Assembly (NCBI GenBank): GCA_964016885.1
Contig: OZ024741.1
Span: 259,036,001-259,100,000, forward strand
Direction of reading: 5' to 3'
Origin: Eledone cirrhosa
Lineage: Eukaryota
DNA length: 64,000 nucleotides
Part shown: piece after piece, positions 28,278 to 41,529 of the stretch
How positions within the stretch are numbered: position 1 is the stretch's first letter
Layout of the letters: every line of letters begins with the position of its first letter
Translations under genes and position numbers: made by a program
Notes under the pieces: model-generated
What the model saw: the letters and a program-made list of their open reading frames with translations, nothing else
Databases searched by the model: none
What the model was told of the DNA's origin: nothing

Positions 28278-29391
28278 TCGTAAGTCGAAACACTCGTAAG
28301 TCAGAACACTCGTAAGTCAGAACACTCTTAAGTGAGAACACTCGTATCGAAACACTCGTATGTCAAAACACCCGTAAGTCAAAACACTCGTAAGTCGAAA
28401 CACTCGTAAGTCGAAACACTCGTAAGCCGAAACAATCGTAAGTCAAAACACTCGTAAGTCGAAACACTGGTAAGCCGAAAATACTCGTAAGTCGGAACAC
28501 CCGTAAGCCGAAACCCTCGTAGGTCGGAACACTCGTAAGTCGAAACACTCGTAAGTCGAAACACCCGTAAGTCGAAACACTCGTAAGTCGAAACACCCGT
28601 AAGTCGAAACATCCGTAAGTCAAAACACTCGTATGTCGAAACACTCGTAAGCCGAGACACTCGTAAGTCGGAACACTCGCAAGTCAGAACACTCGTAAGT
28701 CAGAACACTCGTAAGTCGAAACACTCGTAAGTCGAAACACCCGTAAGTCGAAACGCCCGTAAGTCAAAACACTCGTATGTCGAAACACTCGCAAGCCGAA
28801 AAACCGTAAGTCAAAACACTCGTAAGTCGAAACACTCGTAAGTCGAAACACTCGTAAGTCGAAACACTCGTAAGCCGAAACACTCGTAAGCGAAAACATT
28901 CGTAAGTCGAAACACTCGTAACCCGAAACACTCGTAAGTCGAAACACTCGAAAGCCGAAACACTCGTAAGTCGAAACACTCATAAGCCGAAACACTCGTA
29001 AGTCGGAACACTCGTAAGTCAGAACACCCGTAAGTCAGAACACTCGTAGTCAGAACACTCGTAAGTCGAAACACTCGTAATCCGAAACACTCTTAAATCG
29101 AAACACTCGTAAGTCGGAAGACTCGTAAGTCAGAACACTCGTAAGTCAGAACACTCGTAAGTCGAAACACTCGTAAGCCGAAACATCCGTAAGTCAAAAC
29201 ATCCGTAAGTCAAAACATTCGTAAGTCGAAACACCCGTAGTCGAAACACTCGCATGTCGAAACACTCGTAAGTCGAAACACGCGTAAGTCGAAACACATG
29301 TAAGTCAAAACACTCGTAAGTCAAAACACTCGTAAGCCGAAACACTCGTAAGTCGAAACACTCGTAAGTTGAAACACTCGTAAAGCGAAAC

Positions 29392-29460
29392 GTATAAATA
29401 AAGATTAATGTAATGAATTTGAAAAGCATAGAGATTTGAAACCGCGTCTATTTGTTATTT
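29392..29460. repeat. 69-bp cassette, subtype B
   Basis: Matches 5835-5903; 1183 bp after A. Confidence 0.95.
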
Positions 29461-31339
29461 TCGTAAGTCGAAACACTCGTAAGCCGAAACACTCGTGAGC
29501 CGAAACACTCGTAAGTCGGAACACTCGTAAGTCAGAACACTCGTAAGTCAGAACACTCGTAAGTTAGAACACTCGTAAGTCAGAACACTCGTAAGTCAGA
29601 ACACTCGTAAGTCAGATCACTCGTAAGTCGAAACACTCGTATCGAAACACTCGTATGTCAAAACACCAGTAAGTCAAAACACTCGTAAGTCGAAACACTC
29701 GTAAGCCGAAACACCGTAAGTCGAAACACTCGTAAGTCGAAACACTCGTAAGTCGAAACACTCGTAAGTCGAAACACTCGTAAGTCGAAACACTCGTAAG
29801 CCGAAACACTCGTAAGCCGAAACACTCGTAAGTCGGAACACTCATAAGTCAGAACACTCGTAAGTCAGAACACTCGTAAGTCGAAACACTCGTAAGCCGA
29901 AACACCGTAAGTCGAAACACCCGTATGTCGAAACACTCGTAAGCCGAAACACTCTTAAGTCGAAACACTCATAAGCCGAAACACTCGTAAGTCGGAACAC
30001 TCGTAAATCAGAACACCCGCAAGTCAGAACACTCGTAAATCAGAACACTCTTAAGTCGAAACTTACGTACGCCGAAACAATCGTAAGTCGAAACACTCGT
30101 AAGTCGAAACATCCTTAAGTCGAAACACTCGTACACCGAAACACTCGTAAGTATAAACATTAGTAAGTCGAAACACTCGTATGTCGAAACACTCGTAAAC
30201 CGAAACACTCCTAAGTCGGAACACTCGTAAGTCAGAACACTCGTAAGTCAGAACACTCGTAAGTCGAAACACTCATAAGTCGAAACACCCGTAAGTCGAA
30301 ACACTCGTATGTCGAATAACTCGTAAGCCGAAACACCGTAAGTCAAAACACTCGTAAGTCGAAACACTCGTAAGTCGAAACACCCATAAGCCGAAACACT
30401 CGTAAGCCAAAACATTCGTAAGTCGAAACACTCGTAAACCGAAACACTCGTAAGCCAAAACATTCGTAAGTCGAAACACTCGTAAGTCGAAACACCCATA
30501 GCCGAAACACTTGTAAGTCAGAACACCCGTAAGTCAGAACACTCGTAAGTCAGAACACTCGTAAGTCAGAACACTCGTAAGTCAGAACACTCGTAAGTCA
30601 GAGCACTCGTATCGAAACACTCGTATGTCAAAACACCCGTAAGTCAAAACACTCGTAAGTCGAAACACTCGTAAGCCGAAACACCGTAAGCCAAAACACT
30701 CGTAAGTCGAAACACCCCTAAGTCGGAACACTCGTAAGTCGAAACACTCGTAAGTCGAAACACTCGTAAGCCGAAACACTCGTAAGCCGAAACACTCGTA
30801 AGTCGGAACACTCGTAAGTCGGAACACTCGTAAGTCAGAACACTCGTAAGTCAGAACACTCGTAAGTCAGAACACTCGTAAGTCAGAACACTCGTAAGTC
30901 GAAACACTCGTATCGAAACACTCGTATGTCAAAACACCCGTAAGTCAAAACACTCGTAAGTCGAAACACTCGTAAGTCGAAACATTCGTAAGTCGAAACA
31001 TCCGTAAATCAGAACACTCTTAAGTCGAAACACTCGTAAGTCGAAACACTCGTAAGCCGAAACACTCGTAAGTCGAAGCACTCGTATCGAAACACTCGTA
31101 AGTCGAAACACCCTTAAGTCAAAACACTCGTAAGCCAAAACACTCGTAAGTCGAAACACTCGTAAGTCGGAACACTCGTAAGTCAGAACACTCGTAAGTC
31201 AGAACACTCGTAAGTGGAAACACGCGTAAGTCGAAACACTCATAAGTCGAAACACTCGTAAGTCGAAACACCCGTAAGTCGAAACACCCGTAAGTCGAAA
31301 CACTCGTATGTCGAATAACTCGTAAGCCGAAACACCGTA

Positions 31340-34300
31340 AGTCAAAACACTCGTAAGTCGAAACACTCGTAAGTCGAAACACCCATAAGCCGAAACACTC
31401 GTAAGCCAAAACATTCGTAAGTCGAAACACTCGTAAACCGAAACACTCGTAAGCCAAAACATTCGTAAGTCGAAACACTCGTAAGTCGAAACACCCATAG
31501 CCGAAACACTCGTAAGTCTGAACACACGTAAGTCAGAACAGCCGTAAGTCAGAACACTCGTAAGTCAGAACACTCGTAAGTCAGAACACTCGTAAGTCAG
31601 AGCACTCGTATCGAAACACTCGTATGTCAAAACACCCGTAAGTCAAAACACTCGTAAGTCGAAACACTCGTAAGCCGAAACACCGTAAGCCAAAACACTC
31701 GTAAGTCGAAACACCCGTAAGTCGGAACACTCGTAAGTCGAAACACTCGTAAGTCGAAACACTCGTAAGCCGAAACACTCGTAAGCCGAAACACTCGTAA
31801 GTCGGAACACTCGTAAGTCGGAACACTCGTAAGTCAGAACACTCGTAAGTCAGAACACTCGTAAGTCAGAACACTCGTAAGTCAGAACACTCGTATCAAA
31901 ACACTCGTATGTCAAAACACCCTTAAGTCAAAACACTCGTAAGTCGAAACACTCGTAAGTCGAAACACTCGTATGTCGAAACATCCGTAAATCAGAACAC
32001 TCGTAAGTCGAAACACTCGTAAGTCGAAACACTCGTAAGCCGAAACACTCGTAAGTCGAAGCACTCGTATCGAAACACTCGTAAGTCGAAACACCCTTAA
32101 GTCAAAACACTCGTAAGCCAAAACACTCGTAAGTCGAAACACTCGTAAGTCGGAACACTCGTAAGTCAGAACACTCGTAAGTCAGAACACTCGTAAGTGG
32201 AAACACGCGTAAGTCGAAAGACCCGTAAGTCAAAAATCTCGTAAGTCAAAACACTCGTAAGCCGAAACACTCGTAAGTCGAAACACTCGTAAGTCGAAAC
32301 ACCCGTAAGTCGGAACACTCGTAAGTCAGAATACTCGTAAGTCAAAACACTCGTAAACCGGAACACCCGTAAGGCAAAACATTCGCATGTCAAAACACTC
32401 GTAAGTCGAAACACTCGTAAGCCGAAACACTCGTAAGTCGAAACACTCGTAAGTCGAAACACTCGTAAGTCGAAACACTCGTAAGTCAGTGCACCCGTAA
32501 GTCAGAACACTCGTAGTCAGAATACTCGTAAGTCGAAACACTCGTATGTCGAAACACCCGTAAGTCGAAACATCCGTAAGTCAAAACACTCGTATGTCGA
32601 AACACTCGTAAGCCGAAACACTCATAAGTCGAAACACTCGTAAGCCGAAACACCCGTAAGTCAAAACATTCGTAAATCAAAACACTCGTAAGTCGAAACA
32701 CCCGTAAGTCAAAACACTCGTATGTCGAAACACTCGTAAGCCGAAACAACGTAAGTAAAAACACTCGTAAGTCGAAACACCCATAAGTCGAAACACTCGT
32801 AAGCCGAAACACTCGTAAGTCGAAACACTCATAAGCCGAAACACTCGTAAGTCGGAACACTCGTAAATCAGAACACCCGCAAGTCAGAACACTCGTAAAT
32901 CAGAACACTCTTAAGTCGAAACTCACGTACGCTGAAACACTCGTAAGTCGAAACACTCGTAAGTCGAAACATCCTTAAGTCGAAACACTCGTACACCGAA
33001 ACACTCGTAAGTATAAACATTAGTAAGTCGAAACACTCGTAAGCCGAAACACTCGTAAGTCGAAACACCCGTAAATCGAAACACCCGTAAGTCAAAACAC
33101 TCGTATGTCGAAACACTCGTAAACCGAAACACTCGTAAGTCGGAACACTCGTAAGTCAGAACACTCGTAAGTCAGAACACTCGTAAGTCGAAACACTCAT
33201 AAGTCGAAACACTCGTAAGTCGAAACACCCGTAAGTCGAAACCCCCGTAAGTCGAAACACTCGTATGTCGAATAACTCGTAAGCCGAAACACCGTAAGTC
33301 AAAACACTCGTAAGTCGAAACACTCGTAAGTCGAAACACCCATAAGCCGAAACACTCGTAAGCCAAAACATTCGTAAGTCGAAACACTCGTAAACCGAAA
33401 CACTCGTAAGCCAAAACATTCGTAAGTCGAAACACTCGTAAGTCGAAACACCCATAGCCGAAACACTCGTAAGTCGGAACACGTAAGTCAGAACACCCGT
33501 AAGTCAGAACACTCGTAAGTCAGAACACTCGTAAGTCAGAACACTCGTAAGTCAGAGCACTCGTATCGAAACACTCGTATGTCAAAACACCCGTAAGTCA
33601 AAACACTCGTAAGTCGAAACACCCATAAGCCGAAACACTCGTAAGCCAAAACATTCGTAAGTCGAAACACTCGTAAACCGAAACACTCGTAAGCCAAAAC
33701 ATTCGTAAGTCGAAACACTCGTAAGTCGAAACACCCATAGCCGAAACACTCGTAAGTCTGAACACACGTAAGTCAGAACAGCCGTAAGTCAGAACACTCG
33801 TAAGTCAGAACACTCGTAAGTCAGAACACTCGTAAGTCAGAGCACTCGTATCGAAACACTCGTATGTCAAAACACCCGTAAGTCAAAACACTCGTAAGTC
33901 GAAACACTCGTAAGCCGAAACACCGTAAGCCAAAACACTCGTAAGTCGAAACACCCGTAAGTCGGAACACTCGTAAGTCGAAACACTCTTAAGTCGAAAC
34001 ACTCGTAAGCCGAAACACTCGTAAGCCGAAACACTCGTAAGTCGGAACACTCGTAAGTCGGAACACTCGTAAGTCAGAACACTCGTAAGTCAGAACACTC
34101 GTAAGTCAGAACACTCGTAAGTCAGAACACTCGTATCAAAACACTCGTATGTCAAAACACCCTTAAGTCAAAACACTCGTAAGTCGAAACACTCGTAAGT
34201 CGAAACACTCGTATGTCGAAACATCCGTAAATCAGAACACTCGTAAGTCGAAACACTCGTAAGTCGAAACACTCGTAAGCCGAAACACTCGTAAGTCGAA

Positions 34301-35830
34301 GCACTCGTATCGAAACACTCGTAATTCGAAACACCCTTAAGTCAAAACACTCGTAAGCCAAAACACTCGTAAGTCGAAACACTCGTAAGTCGGAACACTC
34401 GTAAGTCAGAACACTCGTAAGTCAGAACACTCGTAAGTGGAAACACGCGTAAGTCGAAAGACCCGTAAGTCAAAAATCTCGTAAGTCAAAACACTCGTAA
34501 GCCGAAACACTCGTAAGTCGAAACACTCGTAAGTCGAAACACCCGTAAGTCGGAACACTCGTAAGTCAGAATACTCGTAAGTCAAAACACTCGTAAACCG
34601 GAACACCCGTAAGGCAAAACATTCGCATGTCAAAACACTCGTAAGTCGAAACACTCGTAAGCCGAAACACTCGTAAGTCGAAACACTCGTAAGTCGAAAC
34701 ACTCGTAAGTCGAACCACTCGTAAGTCAGTGCACCCGTAAGTCAGAACACTCGTAGTCAGAATACTCGTAAGTCGAAACACTCGTATGTCGAAACACCCG
34801 TAAGTCGAAACATCCGTAAGTCAAAACACTCGTATGTCGAAACACTCGTAAGCCGAAACACTCATAAGTCGAAACACTCGTAAGCCGAAACACCCGTAAG
34901 TCAAAACATTCGTAAATCAAAACACTCGTAAGTCGAAACACCCGTAAGTCAAAACACTCGTATGTCGAAACACTCGTAAGCCGAAACAACGTAAGTAAAA
35001 ACACTCGTAAGTCGAAACACCCATAAGTCGAAACACTCGTAAGCCGAAACACTCGTAAGTCGAAACACTCATAAGCCGAAACACTCGTAAGTCGGAACAC
35101 TCGTAAATCAGAACACCCGCAAGTCAGAACACTCGTAAATCAGAACACTCTTAAGTCGAAACTCACGTACGCTGAAACACTCGTAAGTCGAAACACTCGT
35201 AAGTCGAAACATCCTTAAGTCGAAACACTCGTACACCGAAACACTCGTAAGTATAAACATTAGTAAGTCGAAACACTCGTAAGCCGAAACACTCGTAAGT
35301 CGAAACACCCGTAAATCGAAACACCCGTAAGTCAAAACACTCGTATGTCGAAACACTCGTAAACCGAAACACTCGTAAGTCGGAACACTCGTAAGTCAGA
35401 ACACTCGTAAGTCAGAACACTCGTAAGTCGAAACACTCATAAGTCGAAACACTCGTAAGTCGAAACACCCGTAAGTCGAAACCCCCGTAAGTCGAAACAC
35501 TCGTATGTCGAATAACTCGTAAGCCGAAACACCGTAAGTCAAAACACTCGTAAGTCGAAACACTCGTAAGTCGAAACACCCATAAGCCGAAACACTCGTA
35601 AGCCAAAACATTCGTAAGTCGAAACACTCGTAAACCGAAACACTCGTAAGCCAAAACATTCGTAAGTCGAAACACTCGTAAGTCGAAACACCCATAGCCG
35701 AAACACTCGTAAGTCGGAACACACGTAAGTCAGAACACCCGTAAGTCAGAACACTCGTAAGTCAGAACACTCGTAAGTCAGAACACTCGTAAGTCAGAGC
35801 ACTCGTATCGAAACACTCGTATGTCAAAAC
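31340..35830 (+). repeat. Tandem duplication of a 2240-bp cassette-free block (boundaries approximate)
   Basis: Landmarks 31342/33582, 31912/34152, 32486/34726 and 33156/35396 are offset by 2240. Confidence 0.85.
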
Positions 35831-36513
35831 ACCCGTAAGTCAAAACACTCGTAAGTCGAAACACTCGTAAGCCGAAACACCGTAAGCCAAAACACTCGTA
35901 AGTCGAAACACCCGTAAGTCGGAACACTCGTAAGTCGAAACACTCGTAAGTCGAAACACTCGTAAGCCGAAACACTCGTAAGCCGAAACACTCGTAAGTC
36001 GGAACACTCGTAAGTCGGAACACTCGTAAGTCAGAACACTCGTAAGTCAGAACACTCGTAAGTCAGAACACTCGTAAGTCAGAATACTCGTAAGTCGAAA
36101 CACTCGTATCGAAACACTCGTATGTCAAAACACCCGTAAGTCAAAACACTCGTAAGTCGAAAGACTCGTAAGTCGAAACACTCGTATGTCGAAACATCCG
36201 TAAATCAGAACACTCGTAAGTCGAAACACTCGTAAGCCGAAACACTCGTAAGTCGAAACACTCGTATCGAAACACTCGTAAGTCGAAACACCCTTAAGTC
36301 AAAACACTCGTAAGCCAAAACACTCGTAAGTCGAAACACTCGTAAGTCGGAACACTCGTAAGTCAGAACACTCGTAAGTCAGAACACTCGTAAGTGGAAA
36401 CACGCGTAAGTCGAAAGACCCGTAAGTCAAAAATCTCGTAAGTCAAAACACTCGTAAGCCGAAACACTCGTAAGTCGAAACACTCGTAAGTCGAAACATT
36501 CGTAAAGCGAAAC

Positions 36514-36582
36514 GTATAAATAAAGATTAATGTAATGAACTTGAAAAGCATAGATATTTGAAACCGCGTCTATTTGTTATTT
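36514..36582. repeat. 69-bp cassette, subtype A
   Basis: Matches 4652-4720. Confidence 0.95.
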
Positions 36583-37680
36583 TCGTAAGTCGAAACACTC
36601 GTAAGTCAGAACACTCGTAAGTCAGAACACTCTTAAGTGAGAACACTCGTATCGAAACACTCGTATGTCAAAACACCCGTAAGTCAAAACACTCGTAAGT
36701 CGAAACACTCGTAAGTCGAAACACTCGTAAGCCGAAACAATCGTAAGTCAAAACACTCGTAAGTCGAAACACTCGTAAGCCGAAAATACTCGTAAGTCGG
36801 AACACCCGTAAGCCGAAACCCTCGTAGTTCGGAACACTCGTAAGTCGAAACACTCGTAAGTCGAAACACCCGTAAGTCGAAACACTCGTAAGTCGAAACA
36901 CCCGTAAGTCGAAACATCCGTAAGACAAAACACTCGTATGTCGAAACACTCGTAAGCCGAGACACTCGTAAGTCGGAACACTCGCAAGTCAGAACACTCG
37001 TAAGTCAGAACACTCGTAAGTCGAAACACTCGTAAGTCGAAACACCCGTAAGTCGAAACGCCCGTAAGTCAAAACACTCGTATGTCGAAACACTCGCAAG
37101 CCGAAAAACCGTAAGTCAAAACACTCGTAAGTCGAAACACTCGTAAGTCGAAACACTCGTAAGCCGAAACACTCGTAAGCGAAAACATTCGTAAGTCGAA
37201 ACACTCGTAACCCGAAACACTCGTAAGTCGAAACACTCGAAAGCCGAAACACTCGTAAGTCGAAACACTCATAAGCCGAAACACTCGTAAGTCGGAACAC
37301 TCGTAAGTCAGAACACCCGTAAGTCAGAACACTCGTAGTCAGAACACTCGTAAGTCGAAACACTCGTAAGCCGAAACACTCGCAAGTCGAAGCACTCGTA
37401 ATCCGAAACACTCTTAAGTCGAAACACTCGTAAGTCAGAACACTCGTAAGTCGAAACACTCGTAAGCCGAAACATCCGTAAGTCAAAACATCCGTAAGTC
37501 AAAACATTCGTAAGTCGAAACACCCGTAGTCGAAACACTCGCATGTCGAAACACTCGTAAGTCGAAACACGCGTAAGTCGAAACACATGTAAGTCAAAAC
37601 ACTCGTAAGTCAAAACACTCGTAAGCCGAAACACTCGTGAGTCGAAACACTCGTAAGTTGAAACACTCGTAAAGCGAAAC

Positions 37681-37749
37681 GTATAAATAAAGATTAATGT
37701 AATGAATTTGAAAAGCATAGAGATTTGAAACCGCGTCTATTTGTTATTT
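37681..37749. repeat. 69-bp cassette, subtype B
   Basis: Matches 5835-5903; 1167 bp after A. Confidence 0.95.
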
Positions 37750-40085
37750 TCGTAAGTCGAAACACTCGTAAGCCGAAGCACTCGTGAGCCGAAACACTCG
37801 TAAGTCGGAACACTCGTAAGTCAGAACACTCGTAAGTCAGAACACTCGTAAGTTAGAACACTCGTAAGTCAGAACACTCGTAAGTCAGAACACTCGTAAG
37901 TCAGAACACTCGTAAGTCGAAACACTCGTATCGAAACACTCGTATGTCAAAACAGCAGTAAGTCAAAACACTCGTAAGTCGAAACACTCGTAAGCCGAAA
38001 CACCGTAAGTCAAAACACTCGTAAGTCGAAACACTCGTAAGTCGAAACACTCGTAAGTCGAAACACTCGTAATCCGAAACACTCGTAAGCCGAAACACTC
38101 GTAAGTCGAAACACTCGTAAGTCGAAACACTCGTAAGCCGAAACACTCGTAAGCCGAAACACTCGTAAGTCGGAACACTCGTAAGTCAGAACACTCATAA
38201 GTCAGAACACTCGTAAGTCAGAACACTCGTAAGTCGAAACACTCGTAAGCCGAAACACCGTAAGTCGAAACACCCGTATGTCGAAACACTCGTAAGCCGA
38301 AACACTCTTAAGTCGAAACACTCATAAGCCGAAACACTCGTAAGTCGGAACACTCGTAAATCAGAACACCCGCAAGTCAGAACACTCGTAAATCAGAACA
38401 CTCTTAAGTCGAAACTTACGTACGCCGAAACAATCGTAAGTCGAAACACCCGTATGTCGAAACACTCGTAAGCCGAAACACTCGTAAGTCGAAACACTCG
38501 TAAGTAAAAACATTAGTAAGTCGAAACACTCGTAAGCCGAAAGACTCGTAAGTCGAAACACTCGTAAGCCGAAACACCCGTAAGTCAAAACATTCGTAAG
38601 TCAAAATACTCGTAAGTCGAAACACCCGTAAGTCAAAACACTCGTATGTCGAAACACTCGTAAGCCGAAACAACGTAAGGAAAAACACTCGTAAGTCGAA
38701 ACACCCATAAGTCGAAACACTCGTAAGCCGAAACACTCTTAAGTCGAAACACTCATAAGCCGAAACACTCGTAAGTCGGAACACTCGTAAATCAGAACAC
38801 CCGCAAGTCAGAACACTCGTAAATCAGAACACTCTTAAGTCGAAACTCACGTACGCCGAAACACTCGTAAGTCGAAACACTCGTAAGTCGAAACACTCGT
38901 ATGTCGAAACACTCGTAAACCGAAACACTCGTAAGTCGGAACACTCGTAAGTCAGAACACTCGTAAGTCAGAACACTCGTAAGTCGAAACACTCATAAGT
39001 CGAAACACTCGTAAGTCGAAACACCCGTAAGTCGAAACACCCGTAAGTCGAAACACTCGTATGTCGAATAACTCGTAAGCCGAAACACCGTAAGTCAAAA
39101 CACTCGTAAGTCGAAACACTCGTAAGTCGAAACACCCATAAACCGAAACACTCGTAAGCCAAAACATTCGTAAGTCGAAACACTCGTAAACCGAAACACT
39201 CGTAAGCCAAAACATTCGTAAGTCGAAACACTCGTAAGTCGAAACACCCATAGCCGAAACACTCGTAAGTCTGAACACACGTAAGTCAGAACAGCCGTAA
39301 GTCAGAACACTCGTAAGTCAGAACACTCGTAAGTCAGAACACTCGTAAGTCAGAGCACTCGTATCGAAACACTCGTATGTCAAAACACCCGTAAGTCAAA
39401 ACACTCGTAAGTCGAAACACTCGTAAGCCGAAACACCGTAAGCCAAAACACTCGTAAGTCGAAACACCCGTAAGTCGGAACACTCGTAAGTCGAAACACT
39501 CGTAAGTCGAAACACTCGTAAGCCGAAATACTCCTAAGCCGAAACACTCGTAAGTCGGAACACTCGTAAGTCGGAACACTCGTAAGTCAGAACACTCGTA
39601 AGTCAGAACACTCGTAAGTCAGAACACTCGTAAGTCAGAACACTCGTAAGTCGAAACACTCGTATCGAAACACTCGTATGTCAAAACACCCGTAAGTCAA
39701 AACACTCGTAAGTCGAAACACTCGTAAGTCGAAACACTCGTATGTCGAAACATCCGTAAATCAGAACACTCGTAAGTCGAAACACTCGTAAGTCGAAACA
39801 CTCGTAAGCCGAAACACTCGTAAGTCGAAGCACTCGTATCGAAACACTCGTAAGTCGAAACACCCTTAAGTCAAAACACTCGTAAGCCAAAACACTCGTA
39901 AGTCGAAACACTCGTAAGTCGGAACACTCGTAAGTCAGAACACTCGTAAGTTAGAACACTCGTAAGTGGAAACACGCGTAAGTCGAAAGACCCGTGAGTC
40001 AAAAATCTCGTAAGTCAAAACACTCGTAAGCCGAAACACTCGTAAGTCGAAACACTCGTAAGTCGAAACATTCGTAAAGCGAAAC

Positions 40086-40154
40086 GTATAAATAAATATT
40101 AATGTAATGAACTTGAAAAGCATAGATATTTGAAACCGCGTCTATTTGTTATTT
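40086..40154. repeat. 69-bp cassette, subtype A with one private substitution
   Basis: Reads GTATAAATAAATATTAATG (G>T relative to the other copies); otherwise subtype A. Confidence 0.95.
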
Positions 40155-41220
40155 TCGTAAGTCGAAACACTCGTAAGTCAGAACACTCGTAAGTCAGAAC
40201 ACTCTTAAGTCAGAACACTCGTATCGAAACACACGTATGTCAAAACACCCGTAAGTCAAAACACTCGTAAGTCGAAACACTCGTAAGTCGAAACACTCGT
40301 AAGCCGAAACAATCGTAAGTCAAAACACTCGTAAGTCGAAACACTCGTAAACCGAAAATACTCGTAAGTCGGAACACCCGTAAGCCGAAACCCTCGTAGG
40401 TCGGAACACTCGTAAGTCGAAACACTCGTAAGTCGAAACACCCGTAAGTCGAAACACTCGTGAGTCGAAACACCCGTAAGTCGAAACATCCGTAAGTCAA
40501 AACACTCGTATGTCGAAACACTCGTAAGCCGAAACACTCGTAAGTCGGAACACTCGCAAGTCAGAACACTCGTAAGTCAGAACACTCGTAAGTCGAAACA
40601 CTCGTAAGTCGAAACGCCCGTAATTCAAAACACTCGTATGTCGAAACACTCGCAAGCCGAAAAACCGTAAGTCAAAACACTCGTAAGTCGAAACACTCGT
40701 AAATCGAAACACTCGTAAGCCGAAACACTCGTAAGCGAAAACATTCGTTAGTCGAAACACTCGTAACCCGAAACACTCGTAAGTCGAAACACTCGAAAGC
40801 CGAAACACTCGTAAGTCGAAACACTCATAAGCCGAAACACTCGTAAGTCGGAACACTCGTAAGTCAGAACACCCGTAAGTCAGAACACTCGTAGTCAGAA
40901 CACTCGTAAGTCGAAACACTCGTAAGCCGAAACACTCGCAAGTCCAAGCACTCGTAATCCGAAACACTCTTAAGTCGAAACACTCGTAAGTCGAAACACT
41001 CGTAAGCCGAAACATCCGTAAGTCAAAACATCCGTAAGTCAAAACATTCGTAAGTCGAAACACCAGTAGTCGAAACACTCGCAAGTCGAAACACTCGTAA
41101 GTCGAAACACGCGTAAGTCGAAACACATGTAAGTCAAAACACCCGTAAGTCAAAACACTCGTAAGCCGAAACACTCGTAAGTCGAAACACTCGTAAGTCG
41201 AAACACTCGTAAAGCGAAAC

Positions 41221-41289
41221 GTATAAATAAAGATTAATGTAATGAATTTGAAAAGCATAGAGATTTGAAACCGCGTCTATTTGTTATTT
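41221..41289. repeat. 69-bp cassette, subtype B
   Basis: Matches 5835-5903; 1135 bp after A. Confidence 0.95.
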
Positions 41290-41529
41290 TCGTAAGTCGA
41301 AACACTCGTAAGCCGAAACACTCGTGAGCCGAAACACTCGTAAGTCGGAACACTCATAAGTCAGAACACTCGTAAGTCAGAACACTCGTAAGTTAGAACA
41401 CTCGTAAGTCAGAACACTCGTAAGTCAGAACACTCGTAAGTCAGAACACTCGTAAGTCGAAACACTCGTATCGAAACACTCGTATGTCAAAACACCAGTA
41501 AGTCAAAACACTCGTAAGTCGAAACACTC

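Larger units (their letters stand above)
20780..31190 (+). repeat. Three tandem copies of a ~3473-bp higher-order repeat, each with one A and one B cassette (boundaries approximate)
   Basis: Landmarks 20858/24331/27804, 21300/24773/28246 and 22483/25956/29429 are offset by exactly 3473. The distal part of the third copy is 1-2 monomers shorter. Confidence 0.9.
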
